Origin: Bacteroidaceae bacterium | GTDB lineage: Bacteria; Bacteroidota; Bacteroidia; Bacteroidales; Bacteroidaceae | Direction: 5' to 3' | NCBI GenBank assembly: GCA_045603885.1 | Contig: JAZUMZ010000085.1 | Coordinates: 132 to 64,131 of the forward strand | Length of the DNA: 64,000 nucleotides | Shown here: piece after piece, positions 10,219 through 19,657 of the stretch | Numbering within the stretch: the stretch's first letter is position 1 | How the letters are laid out: the number at the start of each line of letters is the position of its first letter | Notes under the pieces: generated by a model | What the model saw: the letters and a program-made list of their open reading frames with translations, nothing else | Databases searched by the model: none | Told to the model about the DNA's origin: nothing | Translations under genes and position numbers: made by a program

Positions 10219-12345
10219 ATGAGAAAAATATTTGTAACTTTAGCATTTTTACTGACAAGCCTTGTCATGATGAGCCAAGGCACGATAAATGACTACAAGC
10301 GTGCTTTCGGTATCAGGGGGAAATACACAGGAAAGATGACCCACGGCGATGTACGCGCTCATGTGGTGCATGGCAAACATCAGTTCTGGTACACTGTGAC
10401 CACAGCAGAGGGAACAGTTCACAAACTTGTGGATTGTGACTCCTTGAAAGTGAGTGATTTCACACCACCAGAGGAGCCCAAACGTCCCCGGGGGCCTCAA
10501 CGCCACTGGATGGAAGTGCCAGATGAGAAAGACGGAGTCGTAAAGAGTCCTGACGGGAAGTCGGAGATATTCCACAAAGACAACAATCTGTGGATACGTC
10601 CTGCCGGCAGCATAGAATCCGGCAAGCCGCTGACCTCCAACGGCGACAGCGCGTATTACTATTCCTCTTACGGCTCATACTCACCTGACGGCCGCTATTA
10701 TGCCACAGTACGTATAAAGCCAGCTCCCAAGCGTTATGTCTATTATGTGGAATCCTCCCCTTCCGACCAGCTCCAGCCCAAGCTCCACAAGCAAGAATAC
10801 GCAAAGCCCGGTGACTCCCTGAATTACCGTGTTCCAGCAGTTGTCGATGTGGCAAACGGGCACGTAACAGAGCCGTCCACAGAACTTTTTGCCCATCAAT
10901 ACTATGTTGATGCCCCCTCATGGGAGAAGGACAGCAAACACGTGACTTTTGCCTTTAATGAGCGCGGTCACCACACCTACCGTCTTCTTGAGATGGATGC
11001 AGAGAGCGGCAACATCAGATGTATCATCGAGGAAAAGAATGACAAATATGTGAATTACAACCGCTTGTTCCGTCACGACTTTGAAAATGGCAAATATATT
11101 GTGTGGACCAGTGAGCGCGACAACTACAACCACATATATCTTTACGACAAGGCTACCGGCAACCTACTGAGACAGATAACCAAAGGCGATTTCTATGTCC
11201 GCTCTGTAGATTATGTTGACGAATCCAAAGGCCAGATTTATTTCTCCGCCAACGGCCATACAGGCCTTCGAGAATCAGACAAGCGTAAGACCAAGACTTA
11301 TGCAGGCACCAATGCCACGGAGGAAGATCCTTACCTGATTCACCATTATCGTGTTGACATAGACGGTAAGCACATGATATGCCTGAATCCGGAAGAAGGG
11401 AACCACAGCGTGAGATATACCGATGACCACGAATACATGATAGACACCTACTCCACGGTGCTGAATCCCCCCGTGACTGTAATGCGTCGAACGAAAGACG
11501 GCAAAGTGCTGATGGAGCTTGAGAAAGCCGACATAGGCGCATTGGAGCAGACCGGTTGGAAACGCCCGGAGGTGTTTGTAGCCAAAGGCCGTGACGGCAA
11601 GACAGATATGTGGGGCCTGATACAGCGTCCCAGCAATTTCGACCCTGCGAAAAAATACCCTGTTATAGAATACATATATTCCGGTCCGGGCGACCAGTAT
11701 GTGCCAAAGTCGTTCACTCCCTGGCTATGGAATCTGGCCGACCTCGCAGAGTTAGGGTTTATCGTTGTTCAGCTTGACGGAATGAGCACCTCGTTCCGCA
11801 GCCGCTCGTTTGAGGAAGTGTGTTACAAAAACCTGCAAGACGCCGGCTTTCCCGACCGCAAACTCTGGATTCGATCAGCATGTGAGACATACCCTTATAT
11901 GGACATAGACCGTGTAGGAATATACGGTTGCTCAGCAGGTGGTCAGGAAGCCCTCACCGCAGTGTTGCTTCATGGCGACTTCTACAAGGCCGCATACGCA
12001 GCCTGTGGATGTCATGACAATCGAATGGACAAGATTTGGTGGAACGAGCAATGGATGAGCTATCCTATAGACGAGAGCTACGTGGCATCCTCCAATGTCG
12101 AGAACGCATCAAAGCTGAATTGTCCTCTAATGCTTGTAGTCGGTGAGTTGGACGACAACGTAGACCCCGCCTCCACGATGCAGGTTGTCAACGCACTTGA
12201 AAAGGCCGGTAAAGACTTTGACCTGGTAGTAATTCCCGGCGCTCACCACACAATGGGTGAGAAATTCGGCGAACACAAACGTTATGACTTTTTCGTAAGG
12301 CATTTGCTTGGTGTAGATCCTCCCAAATGGAATGAAATCAAATAG
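10219..12345 (+). CDS. S9 family serine peptidase (dipeptidyl-peptidase IV-like: beta-propeller + alpha/beta hydrolase)
   Basis: Signal peptide. Nucleophile elbow GIYGCSAGGQEA (GxSxGG). Acid residue in VVGELDDNVD and His in IPGAHHTM. The ~450-aa N-terminal region has DPPIV_N-like repeats (SPDGKSE, SPDGRYYA). Confidence 0.85.
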   Translation: MRKIFVTLAFLLTSLVMMSQGTINDYKRAFGIRGKYTGKMTHGDVRAHVVHGKHQFWYTVTTAEGTVHKLVDCDSLKVSDFTPPEEPKRPRGPQRHWMEVPDEKDGVVKSPDGKSEIFHKDNNLWIRPAGSIESGKPLTSNGDSAYYYSSYGSYSPDGRYYATVRIKPAPKRYVYYVESSPSDQLQPKLHKQEYAKPGDSLNYRVPAVVDVANGHVTEPSTELFAHQYYVDAPSWEKDSKHVTFAFNERGHHTYRLLEMDAESGNIRCIIEEKNDKYVNYNRLFRHDFENGKYIVWTSERDNYNHIYLYDKATGNLLRQITKGDFYVRSVDYVDESKGQIYFSANGHTGLRESDKRKTKTYAGTNATEEDPYLIHHYRVDIDGKHMICLNPEEGNHSVRYTDDHEYMIDTYSTVLNPPVTVMRRTKDGKVLMELEKADIGALEQTGWKRPEVFVAKGRDGKTDMWGLIQRPSNFDPAKKYPVIEYIYSGPGDQYVPKSFTPWLWNLADLAELGFIVVQLDGMSTSFRSRSFEEVCYKNLQDAGFPDRKLWIRSACETYPYMDIDRVGIYGCSAGGQEALTAVLLHGDFYKAAYAACGCHDNRMDKIWWNEQWMSYPIDESYVASSNVENASKLNCPLMLVVGELDDNVDPASTMQVVNALEKAGKDFDLVVIPGAHHTMGEKFGEHKRYDFFVRHLLGVDPPKWNEIK

Positions 12346-12398
12346 GATGATAATAGAACAACGTATCAAGGCTGTTTACAATACGAAAGGACACTTAG

Positions 12399-13787
12399 AT
12401 GAGTAAGACACAGACAATAGACAGAACGAAAGAATTAGGCACAAAAGACATTGGCAAGTTGCTGATGCAATATGCTTTGCCTGCAGTGGTAGCCATGACA
12501 GCCTCATCGCTCTACAACATAGTAGATCGCATATTTATCGGTCATATCGGTGACAACACCAGCGAAGGCGCATTGGCCTTGTCGGGGCTTGCCGTCACTT
12601 TCCCAATCATGAACCTGAGCGCGGCATTCGGTGCGATGGTCGGTGTTGGCGGGAGCACATACATGTCAGTAAAGCTTGGCCAGAAGGACAACTTGGCGGC
12701 AGAGCGCACATTAGGCAATGTTGTGACCCTTAACATAATAGTGGGATTAGTTCTTGCTGTTTTCGGAATATTATTCATAGACAATCTTCTTTATTTCTTC
12801 GGTGCCAGTGAATTGACAGTAGGCTATGCCCGTGAATACATGTTTGTAATTCTCCTCGGCAATGTCATCACTCACCTTTATCTCGGTTTGAACGCCACAC
12901 TTCGCTCAACAGGCCATCCCCACATAGCCATGATTGCGACAATAGGCACCGTTATTATCAACTCAATTCTTGACCCTCTGTTTATCTTCACCTTCGGTTT
13001 GGGCATCCGCGGCGCCGCCATTGCCACGATATTGGCTCAGGTGTTCGCCTTAGCGTATGTGTGGATTGTTATGAGCAACAAGAATGACCTTATCCACCTT
13101 CACAAAGGCATTTACAAGCTCAAGTCAAGAATAGTGCATAACATATTGAAGATAGGCATGTCGCCCTTCCTCATGCAGCTATGCGCATGTGTTGTCGTTA
13201 TTCTGATAAACAAAGGCCTTCAGACTCATGGAGGCGATATAGCCATAGCTGCCTACGGCATAATAAACGGCATAACGTTTCTATTTCTGATGATAGTGAT
13301 GGGTATATGCCAAGGAATGCAGCCTATTGCCGGCTACAACTACGGAGCCCAGCTATATCCGAGAGTAAACAAGGTGTTAAGATATTGTATAATATATGCT
13401 ACTATAGTCATGGTGATCTCGTTTCTGGTATGCGAGCTTATTCCACACCTTCCCATATTACTCTTCACAAGCGATCCGAAACTGACAGAACTCTCAATAG
13501 AGGGAATGCGTCTTATCCAGTTAGTATCCCCGTTGATAGGCTTTGCGATTGTGGTAGGCCATTTCTTCCAAAGCATCGGTCTAGCAAAGAAGAGCATCTT
13601 CCTGTCGTTGTGCCGCCAACTAATATTCCTCATACCGTTTCTATTGATATTTCCGGATCTCTGGGGCACGGCAGGTGTATGGCTGAGCATCGCCGTATCA
13701 GACTTTATCTCCGTGCTTTTCGCCGGTGGAATGTTGTGGCATTTTTATCATAGTGGCGGTCTGAGTACCGTCAAGTCTCTTGACTGA
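12399..13787 (+). CDS. MATE family efflux transporter
   Basis: 462 aa with ~12 hydrophobic helices. The N-terminal block LLMQYALPAVVAMTASSLYNIVDRIFIGH is typical of MATE/NorM-like proteins. Confidence 0.9.
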   Translation: MSKTQTIDRTKELGTKDIGKLLMQYALPAVVAMTASSLYNIVDRIFIGHIGDNTSEGALALSGLAVTFPIMNLSAAFGAMVGVGGSTYMSVKLGQKDNLAAERTLGNVVTLNIIVGLVLAVFGILFIDNLLYFFGASELTVGYAREYMFVILLGNVITHLYLGLNATLRSTGHPHIAMIATIGTVIINSILDPLFIFTFGLGIRGAAIATILAQVFALAYVWIVMSNKNDLIHLHKGIYKLKSRIVHNILKIGMSPFLMQLCACVVVILINKGLQTHGGDIAIAAYGIINGITFLFLMIVMGICQGMQPIAGYNYGAQLYPRVNKVLRYCIIYATIVMVISFLVCELIPHLPILLFTSDPKLTELSIEGMRLIQLVSPLIGFAIVVGHFFQSIGLAKKSIFLSLCRQLIFLIPFLLIFPDLWGTAGVWLSIAVSDFISVLFAGGMLWHFYHSGGLSTVKSLD

Positions 13788-13855
13788 TTATATTCCCAAA
13801 CAAAGAAAAATTCCAAAATAGACAAAACATAAATAACCCAAAAATCATATTAACC

Positions 13856-14497
13856 ATGGAAGAGAACTCAAAATACGTGATAACCATTGGTCGCGAGATT
13901 GGCAGTGGCGGCAAGGCCATCGGTATATTACTTGGCAAGCAATTGGGCATCCCGGTTTACGACCGCAGCCTGATTCAGATGGCGGCAGAAGAAAGCGGTA
14001 TTTCTCCGAAAGTATTCAAGAAAGTTGATGAAGTGCCCCATAAAGGCACGTTATCCAATTTTGTAAGGACCCTATCCTCTCCTTTCGCGTCTTACGGGAA
14101 TCTATACCGTAACAGCATGAGCCAGGAATCGTTATTTAAGTTTCAGAGCGATGTCATTCGCGAGAAAGCCGAGAGCGAGGATTGCATTATAATCGGCAGA
14201 TGCTCAGAATACATATTGCGTGACCATCCTCGTCATCTAAGTATATTCATCAGAGCCAACTACAATGACCGTCTGAAATTCCTGATGGACCGCAACGACA
14301 TATCCTCAGACATGGCAAAAGAATTGATAGAGCAGACCGACGCCGTCCGTTCTGACTACCACAATTTTTACAGCGAGAACAACTGGGGTGACAGTCGTTC
14401 ATACGATATTTGCATTAACTCTTCGCTGTTGGGAATAGAAGGTACGGCAGAATTCCTGTTGACTTTGGCAAAGAAACACCTTCACCTACCCCAATAA
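13856..14497 (+). CDS. Cytidylate kinase-like family protein (PF13189-type, function unproven)
   Basis: The N-terminal ITIGREIGSGGKAIGILLGKQLGIPVYDRSLI matches the degenerate P-loop signature of the cytidylate-kinase-like family. Confidence 0.7.
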   Translation: MEENSKYVITIGREIGSGGKAIGILLGKQLGIPVYDRSLIQMAAEESGISPKVFKKVDEVPHKGTLSNFVRTLSSPFASYGNLYRNSMSQESLFKFQSDVIREKAESEDCIIIGRCSEYILRDHPRHLSIFIRANYNDRLKFLMDRNDISSDMAKELIEQTDAVRSDYHNFYSENNWGDSRSYDICINSSLLGIEGTAEFLLTLAKKHLHLPQ

Positions 14498-14534
14498 AAT
14501 TATTACAAAAATTGCCTGTATAAAATAAAATGCT

Positions 14535-14542
14535 TAAATTTG
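14535..14542 (+). promoter_or_regulatory. Bacteroidota -7 promoter box (TAAATTTG) for hpt
   Basis: Exact match to TAnnTTTG, 22 nt upstream of the hpt ATG. Confidence 0.55.
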
Positions 14543-14563
14543 CAGACAAAAGCGGATTAAATA

Positions 14564-15097
14564 ATGATTACAATCTTAGACAAAAATTTTGAGCTGTCTA
14601 TCCCTGCGGATGTCATCCAGGAGAAAGTGAAAGCAGTTGCCGAACGTCTTAATAAAGACTATGAAGGTAAAAATCCCGCAATGGTGTGCATACTCAATGG
14701 TGCCTATATGTTTGCTGCCGATCTCAGCCGTTATCTCACATTCCAGCCTGAGATAATATTTGCGAAGTTCTCGTCGTATGACGGCATGAAATCGACCGGC
14801 AATGTTAAGGAGCTGGTAGGTGTGACCGCCAGTCTTCACGGTCGTGATGTAATAATAGTTGAGGATATTGTTGACACCGGTACAACCATGCACAGCATTC
14901 TTCCTCAGTTCTGGGCACGTGAGGCATCCAGTGTAAAAATATGTACTTTCTTACAAAAGCCAGACAAGCTGGAAGTAGATTTAAAAGTCGATTACTGCGC
15001 TCTTGAGATTCCCAATGACTTCATAGTGGGCTACGGTTTGGACTATAACGGCATGGGGAGGAACTACAAGGACATCTACACTGTGGTAGAAGACTAA
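14564..15097 (+). CDS. hpt: Hypoxanthine phosphoribosyltransferase
   Basis: 177 aa. PRPP-binding motif DVIIVEDIVDTGTTM and C-terminal FIVGYGLDYNG, typical of HPRT. Confidence 0.9.
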   Translation: MITILDKNFELSIPADVIQEKVKAVAERLNKDYEGKNPAMVCILNGAYMFAADLSRYLTFQPEIIFAKFSSYDGMKSTGNVKELVGVTASLHGRDVIIVEDIVDTGTTMHSILPQFWAREASSVKICTFLQKPDKLEVDLKVDYCALEIPNDFIVGYGLDYNGMGRNYKDIYTVVED

Positions 15098-15159
15098 ATT
15101 GTGATATTTCCAGGCCTTAGTTATTCGACACAACAAGACTTATTTTAAACACAAATACA

Positions 15160-15735
15160 ATGAAGAATATTATTATTTTCGGTGCGCCAGGTTCAGGCAA
15201 AGGCACTTATAGTGAAGAGATCAAGGAAAAGTTCGGCATGGGACATATATCTACAGGTGATGTTCTCAGAGCAGAAATCAAGAATGGTACAGAATTGGGC
15301 AAGGTCGCCAAAGGATATATTGACAACGGTCAGTTAATTCCCGACAGTCTGATGATTGACATTCTGGCCAAGACATATGATTCCATAAATCAAGGTCAAG
15401 GAGTCATATTCGATGGTTTTCCCCGTACAATAGCCCAGGCCGAAGCCCTAAAAGCAATGCTCAGTGCCCGCGGTGACTCATTAGGTATGATGATTGAGCT
15501 TGTTGTTGACGAAGAGACTCTAATGTCCCGTCTTTTAAAACGTGCAATAGAACAGGGTCGTGCTGATGACAACGAAGAAACAATAAAAAAACGTTTCTCC
15601 GTATATCACAGCCAGACAGAGCCCCTCTCAGCATGGTTTGAGCAAGAAGGTATCCGCAACGTGTTCACATGGAAAGGCTCAAAAGACCTGATGGTATCAG
15701 AAATTCTCCAAGAAATAGAGTCTCAGAACTCATAG
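15160..15735 (+). CDS. adk: Adenylate kinase
   Basis: P-loop IIIFGAPGSGKGT, then ISTGDVLRAE and FDGFPRT motifs. 191 aa, short-LID type. Confidence 0.95.
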   Translation: MKNIIIFGAPGSGKGTYSEEIKEKFGMGHISTGDVLRAEIKNGTELGKVAKGYIDNGQLIPDSLMIDILAKTYDSINQGQGVIFDGFPRTIAQAEALKAMLSARGDSLGMMIELVVDEETLMSRLLKRAIEQGRADDNEETIKKRFSVYHSQTEPLSAWFEQEGIRNVFTWKGSKDLMVSEILQEIESQNS

Positions 15736-15741
15736 TATATA

Positions 15742-16911
15742 ATGGCAGAGTCAAACTTTATAGACTATGTAAAAATTTTCTGCCGTTCGGGTAAGGGTGG
15801 TAGCGGCTCGACTCACATGCACCGTGCGAAATACCTTCCCAAAGGCGGTCCTGACGGCGGCAACGGCGGTCGTGGGGGTCACGTGATTTTACGTGGCAAC
15901 CACAACTATTGGACATTGCTTCATTTACGCTATGACCGTCATGTCTTTGCAGAGCATGGCTCCAACGGCTCCAAGAACAAATCCTCAGGCAAGCAGGGAG
16001 CAGACGCATACATAGACGTTCCCTGCGGCACAGTGGTTTATAATGCCGACACGGGTGAATACATCTGCGACATAACAGAAGACGGTCAGGAGGTGATATT
16101 GCTTAGAGGAGGCCGGGGCGGTCTTGGAAATTTCAATTTCGCCACCGCCACCAACCAAGCTCCACGCTATGCGCAGCCAGGCGAGCCCATGCTTGAGATG
16201 TCGGTGATTTTGGAATTAAAACTATTGGCAGATGTCGGATTAGTCGGTTTTCCCAATGCAGGCAAATCAACATTAGTCTCCACCTTATCTTCTGCCAAGC
16301 CCAAGATCGCCAACTACCCCTTCACCACATTGGAGCCATCACTTGGCATAGTTCCATATCGCGACTCAAAATCATTTGTCATAGCAGACATCCCAGGCAT
16401 AATAGAAGGCGCCAGTGAAGGAAAAGGTCTTGGTCTGCGTTTTCTGCGTCATATTGAACGCAACTCATTATTGTTGTTCATGGTTCCCGGGGACACAGAC
16501 GACATCAAGAAAGAATATGAAATTCTGCTGAACGAACTGACTACTTTCAACCCAGAGCTTCTCGACAAAGGGCGTGTGCTGGCGATAACGAAATGCGACC
16601 TTCTTGATGATGAGCTTATGGATATGCTTAAGTCAACACTTCCCGAAGGTATTCCTGTAGTTTTCATCTCCAGCGTGACCGGTTATGGTATAGAGCGCTT
16701 AAAAGACACCCTTTGGGAAGAGATGAACCGCGAAAGCAATAAAATCATGGCAGTCCGCACTCAGGAAACAATAGTCCACCAATCCAAGGACTTCCACAAC
16801 CTTCGCAAAGAGTTGGCGGCAGCAGGCGAAGACGTTGAATTCGTAAGCGACATTTCAGACTCAGAAGACATAGAATATATTGATGATATAGAGGATATGG
16901 AGTATATATAG
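15742..16911 (+). CDS. obg: GTPase Obg/CgtA
   Basis: Glycine-rich Obg fold ([23 protein letters not shown]). G1 [10 protein letters not shown]3 [11 protein letters not shown]4 TKCD. Acidic C-terminal tail. Confidence 0.95.
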   Translation: MAESNFIDYVKIFCRSGKGGSGSTHMHRAKYLPKGGPDGGNGGRGGHVILRGNHNYWTLLHLRYDRHVFAEHGSNGSKNKSSGKQGADAYIDVPCGTVVYNADTGEYICDITEDGQEVILLRGGRGGLGNFNFATATNQAPRYAQPGEPMLEMSVILELKLLADVGLVGFPNAGKSTLVSTLSSAKPKIANYPFTTLEPSLGIVPYRDSKSFVIADIPGIIEGASEGKGLGLRFLRHIERNSLLLFMVPGDTDDIKKEYEILLNELTTFNPELLDKGRVLAITKCDLLDDELMDMLKSTLPEGIPVVFISSVTGYGIERLKDTLWEEMNRESNKIMAVRTQETIVHQSKDFHNLRKELAAAGEDVEFVSDISDSEDIEYIDDIEDMEYI

Positions 16912-16992
16912 GAAATTTTGGTTGTTGCTTATTAGTTATTAGTTGTTTGTTTGCCAGTTATTAGAATTTAATTTTTTATACGATACAAGATC

Positions 16993-17430
16993 ATGGAAAA
17001 AAAATCTTTAATTCTTTTAGTGATTTCCGCATTATTTGTATTTGCCACTTCGTGTGACAATGACAGCCACGCAACAGATGGCCGCTCACCTCAGTTTGAG
17101 TCATTGACTCTGACTCCGTCAACTGTCAATGCCGGCGACTCTGTTGTTGCCAATGTGTCATATACATATCCTGGCAAGAAGATATACAGCAGCATATACA
17201 ACCTTACAATAAGCGGCAACACGAGTGATGGCCTATACAACGAAACTTATGAATGGAAGGTTGTTGATCCGACAAAATCCACCCCTACTTACAAATTCCG
17301 TTCTCCTGATGAGGCAGGAATCTATACAGTAACATTCCGTGCCCGTCAGATTAATTATTCATCCGGTGGGCCGAACGGAGAGCTATATGGCTCAGCCAAC
17401 AGCGTAAGTGCGACATTACGCGTTCAGTAA
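16993..17430 (+). CDS. Small lipoprotein, unknown function (Ig-like beta-sandwich suspected)
   Basis: Signal peptide with lipobox ATSC followed by DND. 145 aa and beta-rich. Confidence 0.6.
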   Translation: MEKKSLILLVISALFVFATSCDNDSHATDGRSPQFESLTLTPSTVNAGDSVVANVSYTYPGKKIYSSIYNLTISGNTSDGLYNETYEWKVVDPTKSTPTYKFRSPDEAGIYTVTFRARQINYSSGGPNGELYGSANSVSATLRVQ

Positions 17431-17442
17431 CAACACTCAACT

Positions 17443-18135
17443 ATGAACATAGCCGCTATATTAGCAGGTGGCAGTGGCAATCGCGCAGGAGGTGGTATCC
17501 CCAAACAATTTACTAAAGTATGCGGTAAATCTGTTATGGAATACACCATTGACGCCTTCAACTCTCATCCGCTTATTGACTCAATAATCGTAGTAGGTCG
17601 CTCCGACACCTTAGACATAATCCAGTCGATTGTAGATAGATGTCATTATCAGAAAGTGCATCACATTGTCTCAGGAGGCAAAGAGCGCTATGAATCGAGT
17701 ATTGCAGCATTAGCTTTGTGTGACTCCCCCAACGACGTAATCCTGTTTCACGATTGTGCCCGTCCTTTGGTCAGCAGCCGTATCATCACAGACTGTATCA
17801 ATGCCATGGAAAGCTATGACGCAGCTACTGTCGCCATTCCATGTTCTGATACAATATACATGTCATCGACAGAGGGGTATATTCGCTCAATACCTCCCCG
17901 CTCATCCCTGATGAACGCCCAGACCCCCCAGTGTTTCAGGGTTCATACGATATCCGACTCATATAAAAAGGGTTTGTCTTCAAAAGATTTTATCCCTACT
18001 GATGACTGCAGTGTTGTTTTCAACTATGGCAACGACATTCCAATAAAAATCATAGAGGGTGAAGCAAGAAACATAAAGATCACATACAAGGAAGATTTTG
18101 AATTGATGGAAAGGATATTGAAACATGTTATCTGA
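17443..18135 (+). CDS. ispD: IspD/TarI family cytidylyltransferase (probably 2-C-methyl-D-erythritol 4-phosphate cytidylyltransferase)
   Basis: N-terminal AAILAGGSGNRAGGGIPKQF nucleotide-binding motif. The HDCARPLV block is typical of IspD. 230 aa. Confidence 0.75.
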   Translation: MNIAAILAGGSGNRAGGGIPKQFTKVCGKSVMEYTIDAFNSHPLIDSIIVVGRSDTLDIIQSIVDRCHYQKVHHIVSGGKERYESSIAALALCDSPNDVILFHDCARPLVSSRIITDCINAMESYDAATVAIPCSDTIYMSSTEGYIRSIPPRSSLMNAQTPQCFRVHTISDSYKKGLSSKDFIPTDDCSVVFNYGNDIPIKIIEGEARNIKITYKEDFELMERILKHVI

Positions 18136-18227
18136 CAAAACAGCCGAAATCCCCATTACAATTGATTAATAACATTTAAAATCATCATTTTTTTAATTAT
18201 TTTCTTCCATAGTAAAGAAAAAATGCT

Positions 18228-18235
18228 TAATTTTG
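18228..18235 (+). promoter_or_regulatory. Bacteroidota -7 promoter box (TAATTTTG)
   Basis: TAnnTTTG match 39 nt upstream of the 18274 ATG. Its context AAATGCTTAATTTTGCA is nearly identical to the hpt promoter context. Confidence 0.5.
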
Positions 18236-18273
18236 CATTTTGAATTTCGGCAAACAAAAAAGAAACAAAATAA

Positions 18274-18972
18274 ATGGCAAGTAAAAACAAGAAACAAGTA
18301 AGTCAGGAGCCGATAGGTCTTGACGTTCAGTTGACAAAAGCAGAAGCTTTTTTTGAGAAAAATGGTAAAGTAGTAATAGCAGTAGTAGTAGCGATTATTG
18401 CGATTTGCGTAGGTCTTTGGTTTTTCCGCTCTTGCAAATCAGACACAGAGATAGAAGCCCAGAATGCTATTTCACTCAGTCAGAAATCCTTTGCCAACGA
18501 GCAGTATGAGGAAGCATTGAATGGCAACAAAGCAGATTCCAAAGGCTTTTTGAAGATAATCAGCGAATACAGCGGAACAAAAACCGCAAATCTGGCCCGC
18601 CTTTATGCCGCCATCTGCTATGTTAAGACAGACAAGATAGACGAAGCAATCAGCCAGCTGAAAGAATTTAGTGTTGCCGATGACAACACAATTTCTCCCC
18701 TTGCTGTTGAGATGCTTGGCAACTGTATGATTGCCAATGGTGACAAGGAAGGTGGTGTTGCCAAGCTTATTGAGGCCGCCAACGCCGCAGACAACGAATC
18801 CTTAAGTCCTGTATTCCTTCGCCAGGCAGCAGTTGTATATGAAGATCTCGGCAAGAAGGACAAGGCACTTGAGCTTTATGAGCAAATAAAGGAGAAATAT
18901 CCACAATCCACCATGTGCCAGGGTGAAGAAAACGGCACTCTTATAGACTCATATATTGAGCGTCTGAAATAA
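18274..18972 (+). CDS. Membrane-anchored tetratricopeptide-repeat protein (YfgM-like)
   Basis: One N-terminal TM helix (VVIAVVVAIIAICVGLWFF) followed by TPR-like helical repeats. Confidence 0.6.
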   Translation: MASKNKKQVSQEPIGLDVQLTKAEAFFEKNGKVVIAVVVAIIAICVGLWFFRSCKSDTEIEAQNAISLSQKSFANEQYEEALNGNKADSKGFLKIISEYSGTKTANLARLYAAICYVKTDKIDEAISQLKEFSVADDNTISPLAVEMLGNCMIANGDKEGGVAKLIEAANAADNESLSPVFLRQAAVVYEDLGKKDKALELYEQIKEKYPQSTMCQGEENGTLIDSYIERLK

Positions 18973-18993
18973 ACTAAATCAAATGAAACATTT

Positions 18994-19041
18994 AAAATCC
19001 GGAATCCAAATTAAAAATTTTAATTCGGATTCCGGATTTTT
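18994..19041 (+). terminator. Rho-independent terminator
   Basis: A 14-bp perfect stem, AAAATCCGGAATCC ... GGATTCCGGATTTT, followed by a T-run. Confidence 0.75.
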
Positions 19042-19078
19042 CAAAACTATCATTTTATTCAGCCAAACCTAATCATAT

Positions 19079-19570
19079 ATGGCAACAAAGAATCACAACT
19101 TATCGGACTACGATCCCAACTCTGTTCCTGATGGCACAGGTATGCGAATTGGCTTAGTAGTGAGCGAATGGAACAACAACATAACCGACTCTCTTTTAGA
19201 CGGCGCTGTAAAAACCCTGCTCAAGAATGGAGTTAGGGAAGAAGACATAACCATCGAACGGGTGCCCGGCAGTTTTGAGTTGATATATGGTTCGAACCGC
19301 CTTGTGAAGCAAGGATATGACGCTGTAATAGCCATTGGTTGCGTCATTCGCGGTGACACACCCCATTTTGACTACATTTGCGAGGGAACCACCTATGGTC
19401 TGTCACATTTGAATGCCACGCAGCCAGTCCCTGTAATTTACGGTTTGATTACGACCAACGATATGGATCAGGCTTTAGAGCGTTGCGGTGGCAAATTAGG
19501 CAACAAAGGCGATGAATGTGCGATAACCGCATTGAAAATGTCTGCATTCAGAAAGCGGACAGAGTCATAA
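19079..19570 (+). CDS. ribH: 6,7-dimethyl-8-ribityllumazine synthase
   Basis: 163 aa. VPGSFELIY and [14 protein letters not shown] signature blocks of lumazine synthase. Confidence 0.95.
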   Translation: MATKNHNLSDYDPNSVPDGTGMRIGLVVSEWNNNITDSLLDGAVKTLLKNGVREEDITIERVPGSFELIYGSNRLVKQGYDAVIAIGCVIRGDTPHFDYICEGTTYGLSHLNATQPVPVIYGLITTNDMDQALERCGGKLGNKGDECAITALKMSAFRKRTES

Positions 19571-19657
19571 ATTCACAAACAGAATCATCCTCTTTTTATC
19601 TAATCATATATAGCTATCAAGTATATAGGAAAAATAGTACGCACATTCGTATGTATA